Assembly (NCBI GenBank): GCA_002633005.1
Contig: NMRA01000001.1
Location: 562,625 to 626,624, forward strand
From: Phoronis australis
Taxonomy: Eukaryota > Animalia > Phoronida
Direction: 5' to 3'
DNA: 64,000 nt
The position numbers and the translations under genes are program-made. Shown one piece after another: positions 46,701 to 61,050 of the stretch. The notes below the pieces were generated by a model. That model saw nothing but the letters and a program-made list of their open reading frames with translations, made no database searches and was not told the DNA's origin. Each line of letters starts with the position of its first letter. Positions within the stretch are counted from its first letter, which is position 1.

Positions 46701-47399
46701 ATCACTGTTACCATAGCAACCAGAAATACAACACCATTTGAAACTACTTAAAAACTACTTGCCTTTGTATTTCAGGTTAAGTGAGCATAGTTGCCTAGCA
46801 ATCTCAGGTAAGAATTCAATGCTTTACCATTATACCCATTGCTGCTTCCCATATACACCTGTATACGCCTGCAGGTAAGAGAAACGGTCCATAGGGTCTC
46901 ACCCAAAAAACACTCGGTGGTGGCGACCATTTCGAAATGAAAAGGTGGGCATGTGCACTGGATGGTGCCTAAGCAAATTTCCGAGAAAAAATTTTCACGT
47001 TACCCCTCAAAACAGCATGGCGATGGCCCATTATTTGTGGTCCCATCTGTCAAATGGAATAGGGAAATTACGGACATAGTATAGGCATAATAGAAACACA
47101 TGACACCTTGTACTTCATCTATACATTTTCACAAGATCCACTGCAGTCATCAATTCATCATAACCCATGACCTAAGATCCTTTTGTGTGGAGCAGAGAAT
47201 TAGTGAATAAGTTATCTTGATTTTTAACAATTAAACGCTGGCTGAAATAAATTGAAATACTGCATACAGAAGTAGTGATTTTTAACAGTTTGGCTAATAG
47301 ATGGTATTTTCTCCCTCACAAAATTACGATAACAACGATGTGATAGGAATTGATGGACCAGCATTTAAATCTGGACAGACATGTCCACCTCAATGTATA

Positions 47400-47700
47400 T
47401 ATCCTGACATATTATTGGGGTTCCATTCATGATGAAAGACAATGGACTGTGCAGGACTGTGCAGGAATGTGTTATACGGACTACCGGTAGATCTATCTCC
47501 AGGATTTAGAAACCGACGAAAGACAAAAACAAAGTCTGGAGGCACCACAATGACACGAGCGTATGGACAGCACCACGTGGAAGGAAGTGACACCATGGTT
47601 GAGAAGCAACGTGACTGCCGTACCTCAACTAGGATCATCGGTCCTCCAAATAAGACTGAGTCATCACTAAACAGGATCTCCGGGGACCAAATGGGACTTA
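47400..47700 (+). mobile_element. Decayed LINE (RTE-like) 3' fragment
   Basis: RNVLYGLP..GFRNRR and TTWKEV across frames resemble the RTE ORF C-terminus. Confidence 0.45.
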
Positions 47701-49596
47701 CAAACCATTGCGTTAGTTTTAGAACAAAATAACTACTAAATTTGTCCAATTTAACATTTTAGACAAGTTACAAAACGCGTTCAATGATAACTGGTTCTTG
47801 GGTGAAGTATCATCATAACCAGCATCATACACAGGCAACGACAAAATTTTTCCAGGCGGCATGTTTTACCAGGTTCCCAGCGATCATGTTTTGTGGTGGG
47901 AGGTCATGTTTTTAGGTACGTCGGTTACATTAGGGTCATTATCAGGTCCGTAAGTCTGATTTCATTTTGTTCCCACTAGGTCCTGTTTTGTGGCAAGTCT
48001 TAAGTCTAATTTGGAAGACCAGTGGTACTGTTTTGGGTTCGGCAGCCATGATGTTTCTCACCCGTGGGCATGCTACTGACTCAAGAGCTGGAAAGTTGGC
48101 AACAAACGAAAACATTGCAAGATTGTAAAAATTACTTTACATAACGAAACGGTCACTGAAAAACAGAAAATGTCTATGTTGGCTATTATATTTGTATGAC
48201 ATCAGCGGAGAATTACTGCACTACTTACATCCCCATTGGCTGCCATGTCCAACAGGTGCAAACCACACAATGTCCTGCTTCACTCTTACTGTTTATCCTC
48301 ACGGTTTCTAATAATTACATCTCCTGACTAGGTGTGCTACGGCAATGATGAATTGTACTGGCCATGACAGCCACTATGATGGGGAATAATCACTCAATTT
48401 GTCACCATGGGATATAGCTGGATAACCAAGAACAAAAATGCAAGGTCATGTAAGATTTCGCAAGGTATCACGTGACTTGTGTCTACGAAACTCACTCGCA
48501 TCACTCCAGGGTCATTTCCTTCTATTACTACGATAAATGTCAATATCAATTTGTAAAATGATTAGAATTTTACTGTACGAAAACAACTTCTGGGCGATCA
48601 GTCAGCTCATAGGAATGACTCCAAGGTTTGAGACATTCGATGTTCCCAATTAACACAGGTATCCCCACTCTCATAGGCAGACCTGTGAGTGACCTCAACT
48701 TAAGACCTTAATGAATAGCATACCATTGCCTACGGGCAAATTGCTACAAAGCTCTGGAGCTTATTTCCAAAAACAAGATCGAAATAATGAAATTGTTTCC
48801 TTGAATGCTACTATCAGCCATAAAACACTGAGCATTACCATGGTCAGGTTGGAGTCTTTCATGTAAGGAGTTAGTACTAGAGTTAAGTACCCGAGTGGCA
48901 GTCCATCCGATCCACATTGTGTACATCAGTTAGTGAACTGGCATCAATTAAATAACGAATAACAGAAACATCGTTTTCTCAGACTACAAACAAAAGATTT
49001 TTTGAGTAGTATATGTATTTTATGGTTAAACATAACTTACCGTATTCTCTGTAATAACCGCCCAGGGCACTTAGAAAAGTTCGTTTCAGGGGGGCGCTAA
49101 CCCAAGGCCGTTGAAACCCGGTCTCCGAAACGGGTGATATCGGAAGCTAAGATTTAATCATATTTACGCTCTGTGACATATCTGTAACCTATGAAAAGAC
49201 TTTCTACAAAACCGTGGTGCATTGCTATGAAACTTTGATGCTAAATTACGATCATTTTACAGAAAATTGTGATGAAATCCCAGGGCGAAAACTCGCCGAC
49301 TGCCTACCTCGCAATCGTCGATATGGTGACTTGAATGCTTGAATAAAAATACAGTTTCGACTGAAATCCTCCTTAAGTTTTCCAATTAGCGTCCCTAAGA
49401 TTTTTAAGTTCCCGTGGAGTCGGGATCACGGCAGGTTTAAGTACAAATCTATGCTAGTGCATCGTGCCATCTACATGTATGATGGGCAACATGAGAAAAA
49501 TGTCTGGACGAGCGAGCCACGCGTGTCACCAGACTTCATTTGCCAGAGCAGGCACCGTCTTTTGGCCAGAGCCACGCAATCTAACGAGCTAGATGT

Positions 49597-49860
49597 GTCT
49601 GGTACAACATCGCGTCTGGTACAACATCGCGTCTGGTACAACATCGCGTCTGGTACAAAATCGCGTCTGGTACAACATCGCGTCTGGTACATCAAGTCTA
49701 GTACAACATCACGTCTGGTACAACATCACGTCTGGTACAACATCACGTCTGGTACAACATCACGTCTGGTACAACATCACGTCTGGTACAACATCACGTC
49801 TGGTACAACATCACGTCTGGTACAACATCACGTCTGGTACATCACGCCTGGTACATCATG
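49597..49860. repeat. 17-bp minisatellite (TCTGGTACAACATCRCG) ~15 copies
   Basis: Seen directly; ends in an inverted copy CATGTACCAGAC. Confidence 0.95.
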
Positions 49861-51393
49861 TACCAGACCACCTGCAGTTATTTTTTATTTTAATCTGTGA
49901 TAAGTGTGTGCTCAGTCTATTTTGTAGTTGAGTTTGAGAAGCAGGTGACCACAGATTTGAACAAGAGTGAAAAATTCTTCCATGGAATTTTAATAAGTAC
50001 CACAAAATCTCAACAATTTCAGACATTTGTTAAAATCACCTTTTTCATTGTTCACCATCATCTAACATTGTTATGAAAGCTCACAATTAGTCAAAACATT
50101 TTCTGATGGTAAGTCAAGGTGGAGAACTTGAATAAGAGTAAAACATACATTTGATGTAACATAATTTTTATGGAAAAATGAGGAATTAAAGTTGTACTTG
50201 TCGGCCATATTGGTGACATTTTACCAAAGCTCCAAGTTCTTGATTGAAAGAAATATCAGAAAAAGTTATGAGTGATGACCAAAAAACATAAAATTGTTTA
50301 CTCATGACAGATCAGAAGAATGCTTAGCTGCACGACCATAGCAAGGTAGGTAAGTTTCATTTTTATCGAGAAGCACCACTAAAATTTTTATTCTAAGGCT
50401 CAAGCGCATCCAATACGGAAGGAGGTTTTACCAACCCTGCAACAATCCCAGTCTTGAGGAGTTTTGGCCAGTCCAAAAGTTTTAATCCCAGACTAATATA
50501 GCCATCACAAGTTATCTCTCATAAACGGATAGATTAAAGTGCAAAGTTGAACAACTTCCGTAGTGAGAGGAATGGTTACTTCCACTCCCGCAGGAACAAT
50601 TGCAACTTGTGCATTTGAAAGAACCATCATGTTGTTAGAGGAGTATTAGACTAGAACCTAAGGTGAGTTGTCATGGAGGTTTGATAGACAGTAGTGCCCC
50701 AAAGGGGAAAACATCCGCCTATATCGTTAAATTTTTATTTGGATATTGGCACTGACAGTGACTGAGAGAATGTGCAGGAAACGATATGAATATGAAGTAT
50801 ACATCGTTTGACGGCAATTAATTCACAGATACAACTTTGGGCGAGTCTATGGGTTTTGAATACCTTCACACAAATACTGTCATCACAATATAACTCGTGC
50901 AGATCTCTACAAAGAAAAACTTCGGCACCACATACAGTTCATCCAATTAAATTCAAGTGCCGATCTCATCAATCCTCGCATACCGCACAAATAACGGAAA
51001 AGGACACTTTCATCAATCCTAACACTTCTGAAATGACCATTCATAATAATAAAGAGCACGAACGTGTCTTACACGACAAGAGAATATCTTGATAAATGAC
51101 GGATTACCACTCCAGTTAATCCCATGTAATCCAAATCCGTAGATTTATGAGGGTGTTTGTCAAATGAATGCTACATGCTGTTTGGCAGTTTGGAACGAGC
51201 GTGACGTTTGATCGCCAGGAGTGGTGGTCAATTACAAGACGACTTATTCTAATTAATCGCGTCTTAATTAATCAAACCATTGTCCCCATATGAACATTGG
51301 AAGAAGGTGTTCCAGAGAATGGGGAAATATTGAGCAGGTGAAAAGTTCAAATGACTTCTTAGTGTCGACACACAGTATACATCAAAAGTATTC

Positions 51394-51489
51394 GTACAAA
51401 ATAACAGGGAACTTCCCGTTATGACACCTGAGAGGAAGTATTGGTACAAAATAACAGGGAACTTCCCGTTATGACACCTAAGAGGAAGT
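51394..51489. repeat. 50-bp tandem duplication
   Basis: GTACAAAATAACAGGGAACTTCCCGTTATGACACCT.AGAGGAAGT x2. Confidence 0.9.
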
Positions 51490-51524
51490 CAAATTCCTCA
51501 TCAGTGTAGTCTTCTCATGACTGA

Positions 51525-52025
51525 AGGGCCTATCATACTTGAAGCGTCCACACCTCGATGTTTTGGCGAGCTGCCATCAGTATAACGCTTAACTTCAGCT
51601 CTGGATCGAAGTTAACAGGGGTAGTTAACTTCGCAGTGAACAGGTGGATTTAAGAGCGGAACGCCTATGCTCTGGTACAGCATGAAGTGTCAACTTCGGT
51701 CCCATCGAAATTATCGCTAGATGCCACTGTTATCGTCAACATATGCAGGGTAGTGATGTCACTAATAGTTCTTATATTTTGGTCTTGTAATCATCAAGCG
51801 AGTTTAAAATAGGTTTATGTCAATTAGAACCTCATGTAAATGTTCCCAAATTGTCTTATTAAAAAATTCTTAGCACTACCTTGTGATTAATTCGATGACA
51901 ACAGTGTCACCTACCGTTTACTTCGAAGTCCGTTAACTACCAAAGACAGTATGAACGGTTTAGTTAACTTCACAGTTCACGTCGACACTGCGCTCAGACT
52001 GGAGTTAAGTCAGTATGAAAAGGTA
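51525..52025. mobile_element. MITE (Harbinger-like)
   Basis: GGGCCTATCATACT / AGTATGAAAAGG ends; mirrored subterminal TTAACT..GTTAAC motifs. Confidence 0.45.
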
Positions 52026-55000
52026 TTTCAGGAAAGATAACAAGCTGGCTAATCTATTTCGTAGTTAGAATCTGATTGCCATAATCTAGTTATGACCAGT
52101 CAACTTGCTACTAACAGACTTGGTCATCATGGCAAGGTATTTTGTCTGTCTAAATTTAACTTTTGTCTTTGCATCATAATTAAAAGATGTCACCCACAAT
52201 CCAACTTAACAACGATGGCTATGCATCCTTTTTCAAACAAGAAATCAAATTATTTTTGGTTTTTGATTTCTAACATTAGGTTAAAATCTCACGATTTAGA
52301 ACACAATATGGTAGACTAATAAAATTATATTTTGTCATTTTTCATTGAAACGTATACAGCATCAAATTATTTCATGCTTTTTCGTGCTTGAGTTTTGTAC
52401 CAAATATACCACCAGTTTTGAAAATTATATTTTGTCCCAAACTGGTGAGATTTTACCAAAACATTTTATTGTGAAACTTGTGACCAAAGCTTGCTACTGA
52501 CCATACAGCCTCCAATGTGTTTGTCTTTCTTATAATAACGGCAAAATAAATTAAACTTTCCATTCAAACAGCAATTGTACAAATCACTTTTTAACGTACT
52601 ACAATAAACAAGTGTTCGAACCATTCACTTCAAAACATTTTATTGACATGAAATGTGACTGGAAAATAGGTAATATTACTGCTTTTGTTTTTACCAAATG
52701 AAGGTAATTAAAACATAAAGTAGACCTGGGAACTTCCAAACTGTTAACAAAACCAACTCTTAACATTATCAGAACCTTCAGAGCCAAAGAAAATGTATGA
52801 TTTTTTAATCTTTTTATCAAAGGCATTAAGTGGACACTATTGTTCCACGTAATTAAACGTAGTTCCTGCAAAAGCAGCTTGAAAAGGGAAACACCGTGAT
52901 TTGAAAAGTTAAAAAACAAAAGCATAAATTGAAATAAAATTTCGTGACATTTAAAAAAATCCTATGATGTTGTACCAATTTCATCATCAGTCTCGTCCTA
53001 CGGGAGATGTTACAAAAATAACTTCGATCAAACATTAAAAACCGCAAGTTTAATTATAGATATAATTAGCTAGCAGGTACGAATGTCTCTAAGGCTCACC
53101 TGAGGAGACATAGGTTTCCTGCTGAGTTTCATGACAGATTCATCATAAAGCTGTCCTCAAAACTGTGAGACTAAAGTGGGCATCAAAAGACAAGTGAACT
53201 CTTCAAACACTGAGTTCACCCTGGCTTGAAAAGTTCAACCATGAAATTTGAACTGTCCAAAGAGTCAATTAGTGTATTAAGCTGTCCAAAATATCTTGAA
53301 TATTAGAAACAGAAGTTAACAACACAAAATCCGCCATGATTGACAGCTTGGTCTAAAAGAAAATAATTCCACAATGTCAACACAAAAATCTGATCTAATC
53401 CTAAACTATTGAAAGAGCAATATACAATAAAACAGTAATTGCAGATTCCACAAAGTATTGCAAGAAGTTGAACACATTGAATGTGCAGAGATTAAAAATT
53501 GTCGAGAAACGTGATTTGTCGAGATTAGGCTCCAGCATGGATTCGAACATGCAACCTTCATGCTGGTATGTGTCAAACATTCTGCTGAATATCACATGAT
53601 AAATGGTTTAGAATTTTAAGCATACTTAGCAGGTACCATCAACAGCCTTGGTTTCAGTGAACTTCCAGCATACATAAGCAGTAACTGACAATTTGAAATA
53701 AAATCACAAAAACACAACAAATTTCATTGCTTAGATAGTTTTAGACCAATCCAATAACTTTTAAAAAGTCGACCCAATTCCACTATCTCAATATGTGTGT
53801 CTGCGACCACAAAAATGATGCCCCTACAAATTTTGTTTTTCACGTACATTGCAATTTCTTCATCATTTTAGTCATACCACAAAATCTCACCAATAAGGGA
53901 CAAAAAATAGCAGACAAGCAGGAAAAATTTATTTTTCCATTAAATATAGGTAGCACCATGTTTGTAGTGCTTTTCCATGCAAGTAAGGAATTGTGGGTAT
54001 TTATATTTACAATGTTAGAAACCCTTGGGACATGAAAAGCGGACAATTCGGGCATTATTTTGCCAAAAATGGCGAGACTTTATCATGAATTAACAAGACA
54101 AAGAATCTTAAAGAATTGACGTTTTATTTGAGTCACTCTTTACACTTCATTTCAAAACAAAGGAGTCAAAAATTTGTAAAATAAACATCCAATTCTTTAA
54201 TACAAACCAGTTTACAGAGCATCTTTCCCTACATATTTCAACATGAAGTGAAATTTTTTCAAAAAGAAACAGAATTTAATAACAAGTTTTTTAATTTAAC
54301 TCTATTAATTTCTGACTGTGCACCAACAAAATGGTTGCCACAGCAGAATGGGAATAAATGGACTTCCGAAAATAAACCGACACTAAACAGAGCAGTACAC
54401 ACAAGGCTGTAATTTACAAGACTTTTGTTTATTCCATTCATCATCAAAACAGAATAACTTAAAATATTCTGGAGTAGGCAGACTTTGTGCTTGGCTGAAC
54501 TATCAACAACAGTACAAGGCAGAGAACATAACATACCTAATCCACCTATTGCCTGGCCACAAACACACAAACAAACATTCCATCTATTGCCTGGCCACAC
54601 CAACAGTTTACATGAGAAGACCTGTGGTTAACACTTGAGCAGCCACATCAAAACAAACAGGATCTAAAAGTTGATGACAGCCAAACTGTAACTACATTTG
54701 GATCCCTTAAGGATCAATGGGTGCACTGACAGGCACATGACATTATGCCTTGTTGTTAAATCACTGTTGGAGGGCTGTTAGACTTTCCCTAAAATTTAAT
54801 CAGTAACTGAATTCAAGCTCTTGACTGAAAAAGACCGCCTTCACAAGTCTCAGTAATGAAACATGATTGTGCAAATTAAAGTTACCTTAAGACCTTCTCA
54901 GCTAAGACCAGACTTACTATTACATATTCATGCAATTAGGATTAATTACAGCCACAATGGAGATGATGAAAAAATCAGTCAACAAAAAGAAACATCATTA

Positions 55001-55699
55001 ACAGAAAATCTTGAATAATTCAAAAAGTAGACGTCCTGGCGAAAAATGAAAAACATCTTCTGAAAGCCTATTCAAAACTGTTATCGAATGAGGTTGTTTC
55101 ACAAAATTCCTTAAAATTTTCAGAAAATTTCAAATTTTGCATTTTTTGAAACTGAAAGTCAAATAACTCAAAACCGGCAAGTCTGAAAAAAAGTTCATTT
55201 GAAAGAGTATATCTTAAGGAATCCCAATGCAAAAATTCATGTCATTCGCTCTTCCCATTTCAACATTTCTGATTGTTTAACATGTCACTTCAGACAACTT
55301 GTGGCAGTGCTAGTGACATGAACAGAGCACTGTAACTCATTAGATTTTGAAAAAAATTTAATCGGTCAATCCCTATCAATATTGCCGTATTAGTACATTT
55401 GAAAAATGTGCGCCTTTAACCGGCACTATGCGCCTTTAACCAGCACCATGACGCTGCCTGCAGTCAAAAGTCCTGTTAACTATGTCAGTGACATTTAGTA
55501 TGGCCACGAGCCTTGTCCCAAAACCAATCATTCACATGTTTAATGCGACGTTGCCTGGCAACGTGAGTGACTACTGCGAAAGGAAATCATGGTGACAGGA
55601 ACAAATGACAGGTGACCGGTGAGGGTGATCACGCTCGTCTCTCAGATCAAAGGAATCGTACCAACTAAGCTGGCATGGTGCCAAAAGAAAGGGATATAA

Positions 55700-56480
55700 A
55701 ATGGCATTTATTAACAAGTATTTGACAAGACTTGTATACAAACTCATTCATATACAGCTTTGTAAACGACTTCTATAAATGAAAATTGATAAGTGTAAAC
55801 AATGGCCTAACAGAAATACACGATTTCTCTGGAGCCATGGAAAGATGGAACAAATGCTGTAGTAGTATTTGTAGAATTCATTTGTTATAGTGACAAGCAC
55901 AATTAAATAAACAGTTATAGGTATAACATTCCTAAGAAACATAAATACCCAGCCCAGTTGGGCTTATTAGTCACTTTAACCACACAACTCAGATGTAGGC
56001 CTACCATAAATGCATCGGTTTCTAAGTTCAAAAGCATACTTGATATATTTGGCAAATTGCCTAGGGAAATACTGAAATAGCAGTTTTAGCGTATCTAATC
56101 TACTGAAATCTGCAAAGTTCGGAATTTGAAATGAAACATTATTAAACAGAATAGACCTCCATGAGTTATAAAGAGAACAATCAAACACAAAGTGTAGCTC
56201 ATCCTCCACAGAACCAAACACAAGCAAAGTCTTTCACTTACAGGAGTATTTACATAACGACCAGTTTCCAAGTGCAAGGGGCGACTTCCTGCTCTAAGCT
56301 GAGCAAGAAGAGATCGCTCGGAACGAGTTAAATTAATCTTTACATACGGCTCAGTTAAAAACTCGTGCTTAAATAAAATGTAGGTTCTTAACTTGGGTTT
56401 AGTTACAACAGATTCAGCCTAAGCATGTTCCGCCTATTCAAATAGTTTGTTTCTAGCATCTATTATGTTACAAAGTAGTC
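55700..56480 (-). mobile_element. 5'-truncated CR1/L2-group LINE 3' end
   Basis: KPKLRTYILFKHEF..EPYV..LTRSERSLLAQLRAG..PLHLETGRY..ERLC..VEDELHFVFDCSLY (frameshifted), then a 3' UTR ending in AATAAA. Confidence 0.8.
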
Positions 56481-57931
56481 AAATTTTGAAAACAGGATAC
56501 ATGCTTAAATGAACAAGTTGTGCATGGCCTTTAGCTCTATAAGTGAAGTTGTAAAACCTGTCTATACAACAATAGATTGCAAAGTTGTGCACTATCAATC
56601 ACAATGTGAAGATGGGGCTTTAATCACTCTGAATAAATGAACTGGATTTTTTCATGTGAACAAGAATAAGTTTCATTCACAAGAGACCCCTAGAGTTATT
56701 AATATGTTGGTTTTTACAATAACTAGTTAAGGAAACATTGCTAAGAATGCATCCTTTGCCCAAACAACCCCAATATTTTAATAAAGTTTTGTTCAATACC
56801 TATCAAAATCCTTTCTCAGTAACCACGAAATCATTCGAACACTGAGCACACGCACGTCGAAATGTAGCATTCATACTAACAAAGGACACATGAGAATTAC
56901 ATCATACCTACAATTTCATGCTTTCCAAAACCAAAAAAAAAAAACGAAAAAAAAAAAAACAGAGAGAGGTATGCTTTTTTCTTTAAGCATCCCAGTAGAT
57001 ATCAGCCCTCTGCCAAAGGTTTTTATTTACGGGCCCTGTCACCCTAGGTAGTTATCACTAACCTCTTACGTATACCCATAACCTCAGTGTAGTAAGAACA
57101 TCAAATCTGGAAATATCCTCTAAGAAAAATGGCTGATCAGATTCAGGTGAAACTTTCAATTACCATACCATGCTCTAAACACTACTCTCCAAAACGCCAA
57201 GAAATTCCCTTTTAAAATGTCCCACTTTTCCTTGAGAGGCTATAAAAATAGGACCTCTATGATTTCCATGAAAAATCAAGTCCTAGTATTCACTGGACCA
57301 CCTCATTGATACCGTAGAAAAAGTCCACCTAGAGAACATCCGTCTCAGAAATGGCTGATGGGATTCACACGAACACTTCCACACATTTTGCTGAAGGAGT
57401 TGTTCTTAAATATTTCACTTTTGCATGAGAAGACATATAAAACTGCGATTTTTATGGCTTTCATGGAAAAATTTCATAAGTTGAATTTCACGAAAAAAAG
57501 TGAGAATTTGGAAACTATAACTGTATTTTTGAGATTTTATCTTGGACATTTATATCAAACAAAATTTGGTCAATATAATTCATGTTGTTTGGATATGAAC
57601 AGGACATTGGTTAAAGTCAAGACTTCATAAGTTTGAGGCAGGCCTATAACCAAGCACGTTTATCTCAAAACCTATTATAAAATCGAGGGTTGGAGTTAAG
57701 CCGAATGGGGGCATCAACCCCAGCAACTTGTGATCAATCCCAACCCTCAGAACACAGCCTGTTTACAAACCTTTGATTACTTTAGGAACAAGTTTTAGAT
57801 GACCGTTATTCAGTGAAAGAAGCTTAGGGTGCTCAAAATTCGGGTCCCTGCAAGTGATTAATACTCAAATCTAAGACCTGCCACACGATAAAGCTGGGAA
57901 AATAACGCTGCTTTGTCATTCAGGTAATGGT

Positions 57932-58021
57932 CGGATATAATGTGCCAGAAATTTTGAGAACCAGTTTTCTAAACTGAATCAGGCATCAAACTGGTTCTCA
58001 AAATATCGGCAGTTATATCCG
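57932..58021. repeat. ~90-bp imperfect palindrome
   Basis: CGGATATAA..TTTTGAGAACCAGTTT / AAACTGGTTCTCAAAA..TTATATCCG. Confidence 0.75.
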
Positions 58022-60705
58022 TCCTAATACAGTCATTCAAAAAGGACAACCTCTGACTCCAGGGTTTGTATCAACAGGTGTTTTTAAGATCAATGTCATT
58101 ATCAAACATTGAAATCTTTGGCGCATAAGTCAAGACTGTACAAGTGTAATAGACAGGAATAGTTATTAATCGAAGAGATTTTTGCATGTTGGCTATACTT
58201 TAAAGACCTTTTTTGAACATCATATCTCATAAATGAAACTTTCAGATACTAATACTTTAAGTACTGTTCTTAAAAAAGCTTTTATGACTCGTTTTTACTA
58301 GGATTCACTTTTACAAAAGGGGCTATCAGAAATATTTAGACTTTGTGTTATGACTTTAATAAAAAATTCAAAAGCTGCATAAAAAATAACATAGAAAACT
58401 ATAACAGAGTTTTAGAGATTTCATGTTGGACATTCGTATCAAATGAAATTTGCTAATGTTATCGATGCCATTGTGTTGCTGCAAATGCACCCTTTCTTTT
58501 AAGGCAATTTTACAAAATAAGACTTGGCCAGATGAAGTCAACCATCAAATTCTACAGGCTCTCTATTTTCAGAAAACACATACTTTTACTCGGTAAATTA
58601 ATTTTTACATTTCTGAACATATTTTAGCTGAATGCAGGACTTGTGCTAAGGTCAAATGCTAGCAACAAAATAACAGTTGGAGCATAAGAGGCCATACTGC
58701 ACATACTACTGGGTAAATTTCATGGCAACTCCATACCACCCACAAGACCCAGCACAAAACATGCCGGCCATCAGCAGCCATCACCTAACTACTTTGGCTA
58801 TCTGGACAGGGTAATTGGCTTCTGCCAAGATGAATATCTTAAAGAGACTGCCAATAAGAAAGCTGGTTCTAAGATGAGCTGGTCAGAAGAATACACAAAC
58901 TCAATTACGAGGAGTTAGTATGGGAAAACTTACTGCCTTTGGGTGTAAATCTTGACCTTTCTGTATTCAAAAAGCCAATGATTCGGGGCTTTTCGTCCAC
59001 AGTCTTAAATGTTAACAATAGGCCAATAGTGATCATAAAATGAAGCATAACTGATTTCTAAAATTTCTAAAAAAATCTTGTTTTATGTGTCACGTTTCAT
59101 CAAGAATAGAACAAAAAAAGAGGAGAGGAATATAAAAAACGATGATAAAAATGAAAAACATGAGAATTTTGCCTAGAAAGCTTAGTTGCAAAACTCAATT
59201 AATTACTGTACATGAGACAAACGAAGATGCTGTGCAGCTTTTGCGAAATACCCACAAAATTCAAATGATAACTAAATGTGAGACAATGGCAGTAAGATTG
59301 TTTAAAACTACTTCCTACTGAGGGTACCTTTCTCACCACAACCTCCAGTTATTCAAACTTGAAGTAAATCCCACTTTTATCCAGTCACTTTGAAGGTAAG
59401 CAGACAGATTACCACCCAGGTGGGATCACTTACCCCATTCAGCAGTACAACATTCTTAATTAGAACAAAACATTGGCAATTAATCACAATCATACCAGTG
59501 AGATGATGACCAGCAAGACACAACACCCTGTTGTTACTACACAACCACGAAGCTGATCACTTAATTAATGTTAACCACATATGAGCCATAAATCAGCACT
59601 TGAAAAAAAGAGCCCTGGGTCCACACTACATGTTGATCTTAGTCTATTCTTCGATGTTTACACTACAGGACAGAAATAATCAGATAAAATACCATCTCTC
59701 AATAATGAGAGCTAATTCTGTTAGCAACAAAAATGATTTGTAATAATTATGCAATCACCATGACTGGAATTACAGCGTGGTTTAGCCACACTACTAATTG
59801 CCCACTAATTCCCCTTCATTCTCAGACTACTCTTACAAAGAATTTGACTTCCCTACCAAGAGGATTTCCGGGTCATTTTGTGTGGAAACTTCTGAGTTGT
59901 GTTATGATTCTCACACCAATTGTATAGCTACATTTTCATTGACAGTATTCAAACTGAGACGTATCACCAAAATTCTTAGTCTTTAAGCCCGCAGTAGAGA
60001 TCGATGATAAATTTGATTCTTTGCCATTCGTTATTTGAGCAATAGAACAATTTGACCGTGGTATGACTTGAAGCAATACCAATTTTTTACAATATGCTTA
60101 TCCGATTCACACCCGGTGTCTGAGTGCATGATTGTGCGTTTCGCTTTGGTTTTGCATTAGTTGGATTATTTTCCTGCCACGATTTTACTATTTATAGGTC
60201 TAAGTATACTTCACCTTTTGTTGGTGGAGTATAGTCACTTCATATCTAGTGTGATTTCCTCTCTTGCCTTGTGTTCCTTGTCTCACAAACAAGCAACATG
60301 ACTGACGGAAAAACAAGTACCAGAAAATCTAGGTGTAAAGCAGAGTGGCCAACTGTTGAGACCAGTTCAAGTTACCAGAGCCTGCTGAGAAAGTAGTGGA
60401 GTGTCTGTCTCTTGGTAGATATATGATCAGCTATTGTGACTACCATAATCTTACCTCGCTAGGACAAAGTGCAGTTCACGTGCTATCTGACTCTGGGTTA
60501 GAGTCACCTTAACAGAACCAAATTTGCCAAGTTTCATGAAAATTCATCAATGAACTCCCAAGATACACAGGAAAACATTAAAAATGAAATTGACACTAGG
60601 AATCTATTTGTCAAATTTCATGAAAATCCATCCAAGAATTACGAATATACAGAAGCAAGGCCACCAGTGGACAATATGTAATCTGAGCAAGAAACAAGAA
60701 AATTA

Positions 60706-61050
60706 CGTATTTTATAACGGCAAGTGACTTCATCAAAATACATATTTTATAACGGCACGTGACTTCATCAAAATACATATTATATAACGGCAAGAGACTT
60801 CATCAAAAAAACATATTTTATAACGGTAAAAGACTTCATCAAAATAAGTATTTTATAACCTCAAGTGACGTCATCAAAATACGTATTTTATAACGGCAAG
60901 AGACTTCATCAAAATACGTATATTATAACGGAAAGAGACTTCATCAAAGTATGTATTTTATAATGGCAAGAGACTTCATCAAAATACAATTTTATAACGG
61001 CAAGGGACTTCATCAAAATATGTATTTTATAAAAGCAACAGACTTCATCT
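60706..61050. repeat. 35-bp minisatellite (TATTTTATAACGGCAAGAGACTTCATCAAAATACG) ~10 copies
   Basis: Seen directly. Confidence 0.95.

Noticed and set aside
49451-49931. Repetitive ORFs (SGTTSRLVQHHVWYNIT)n
   Set aside because: Translation of the 17-bp tandem repeat
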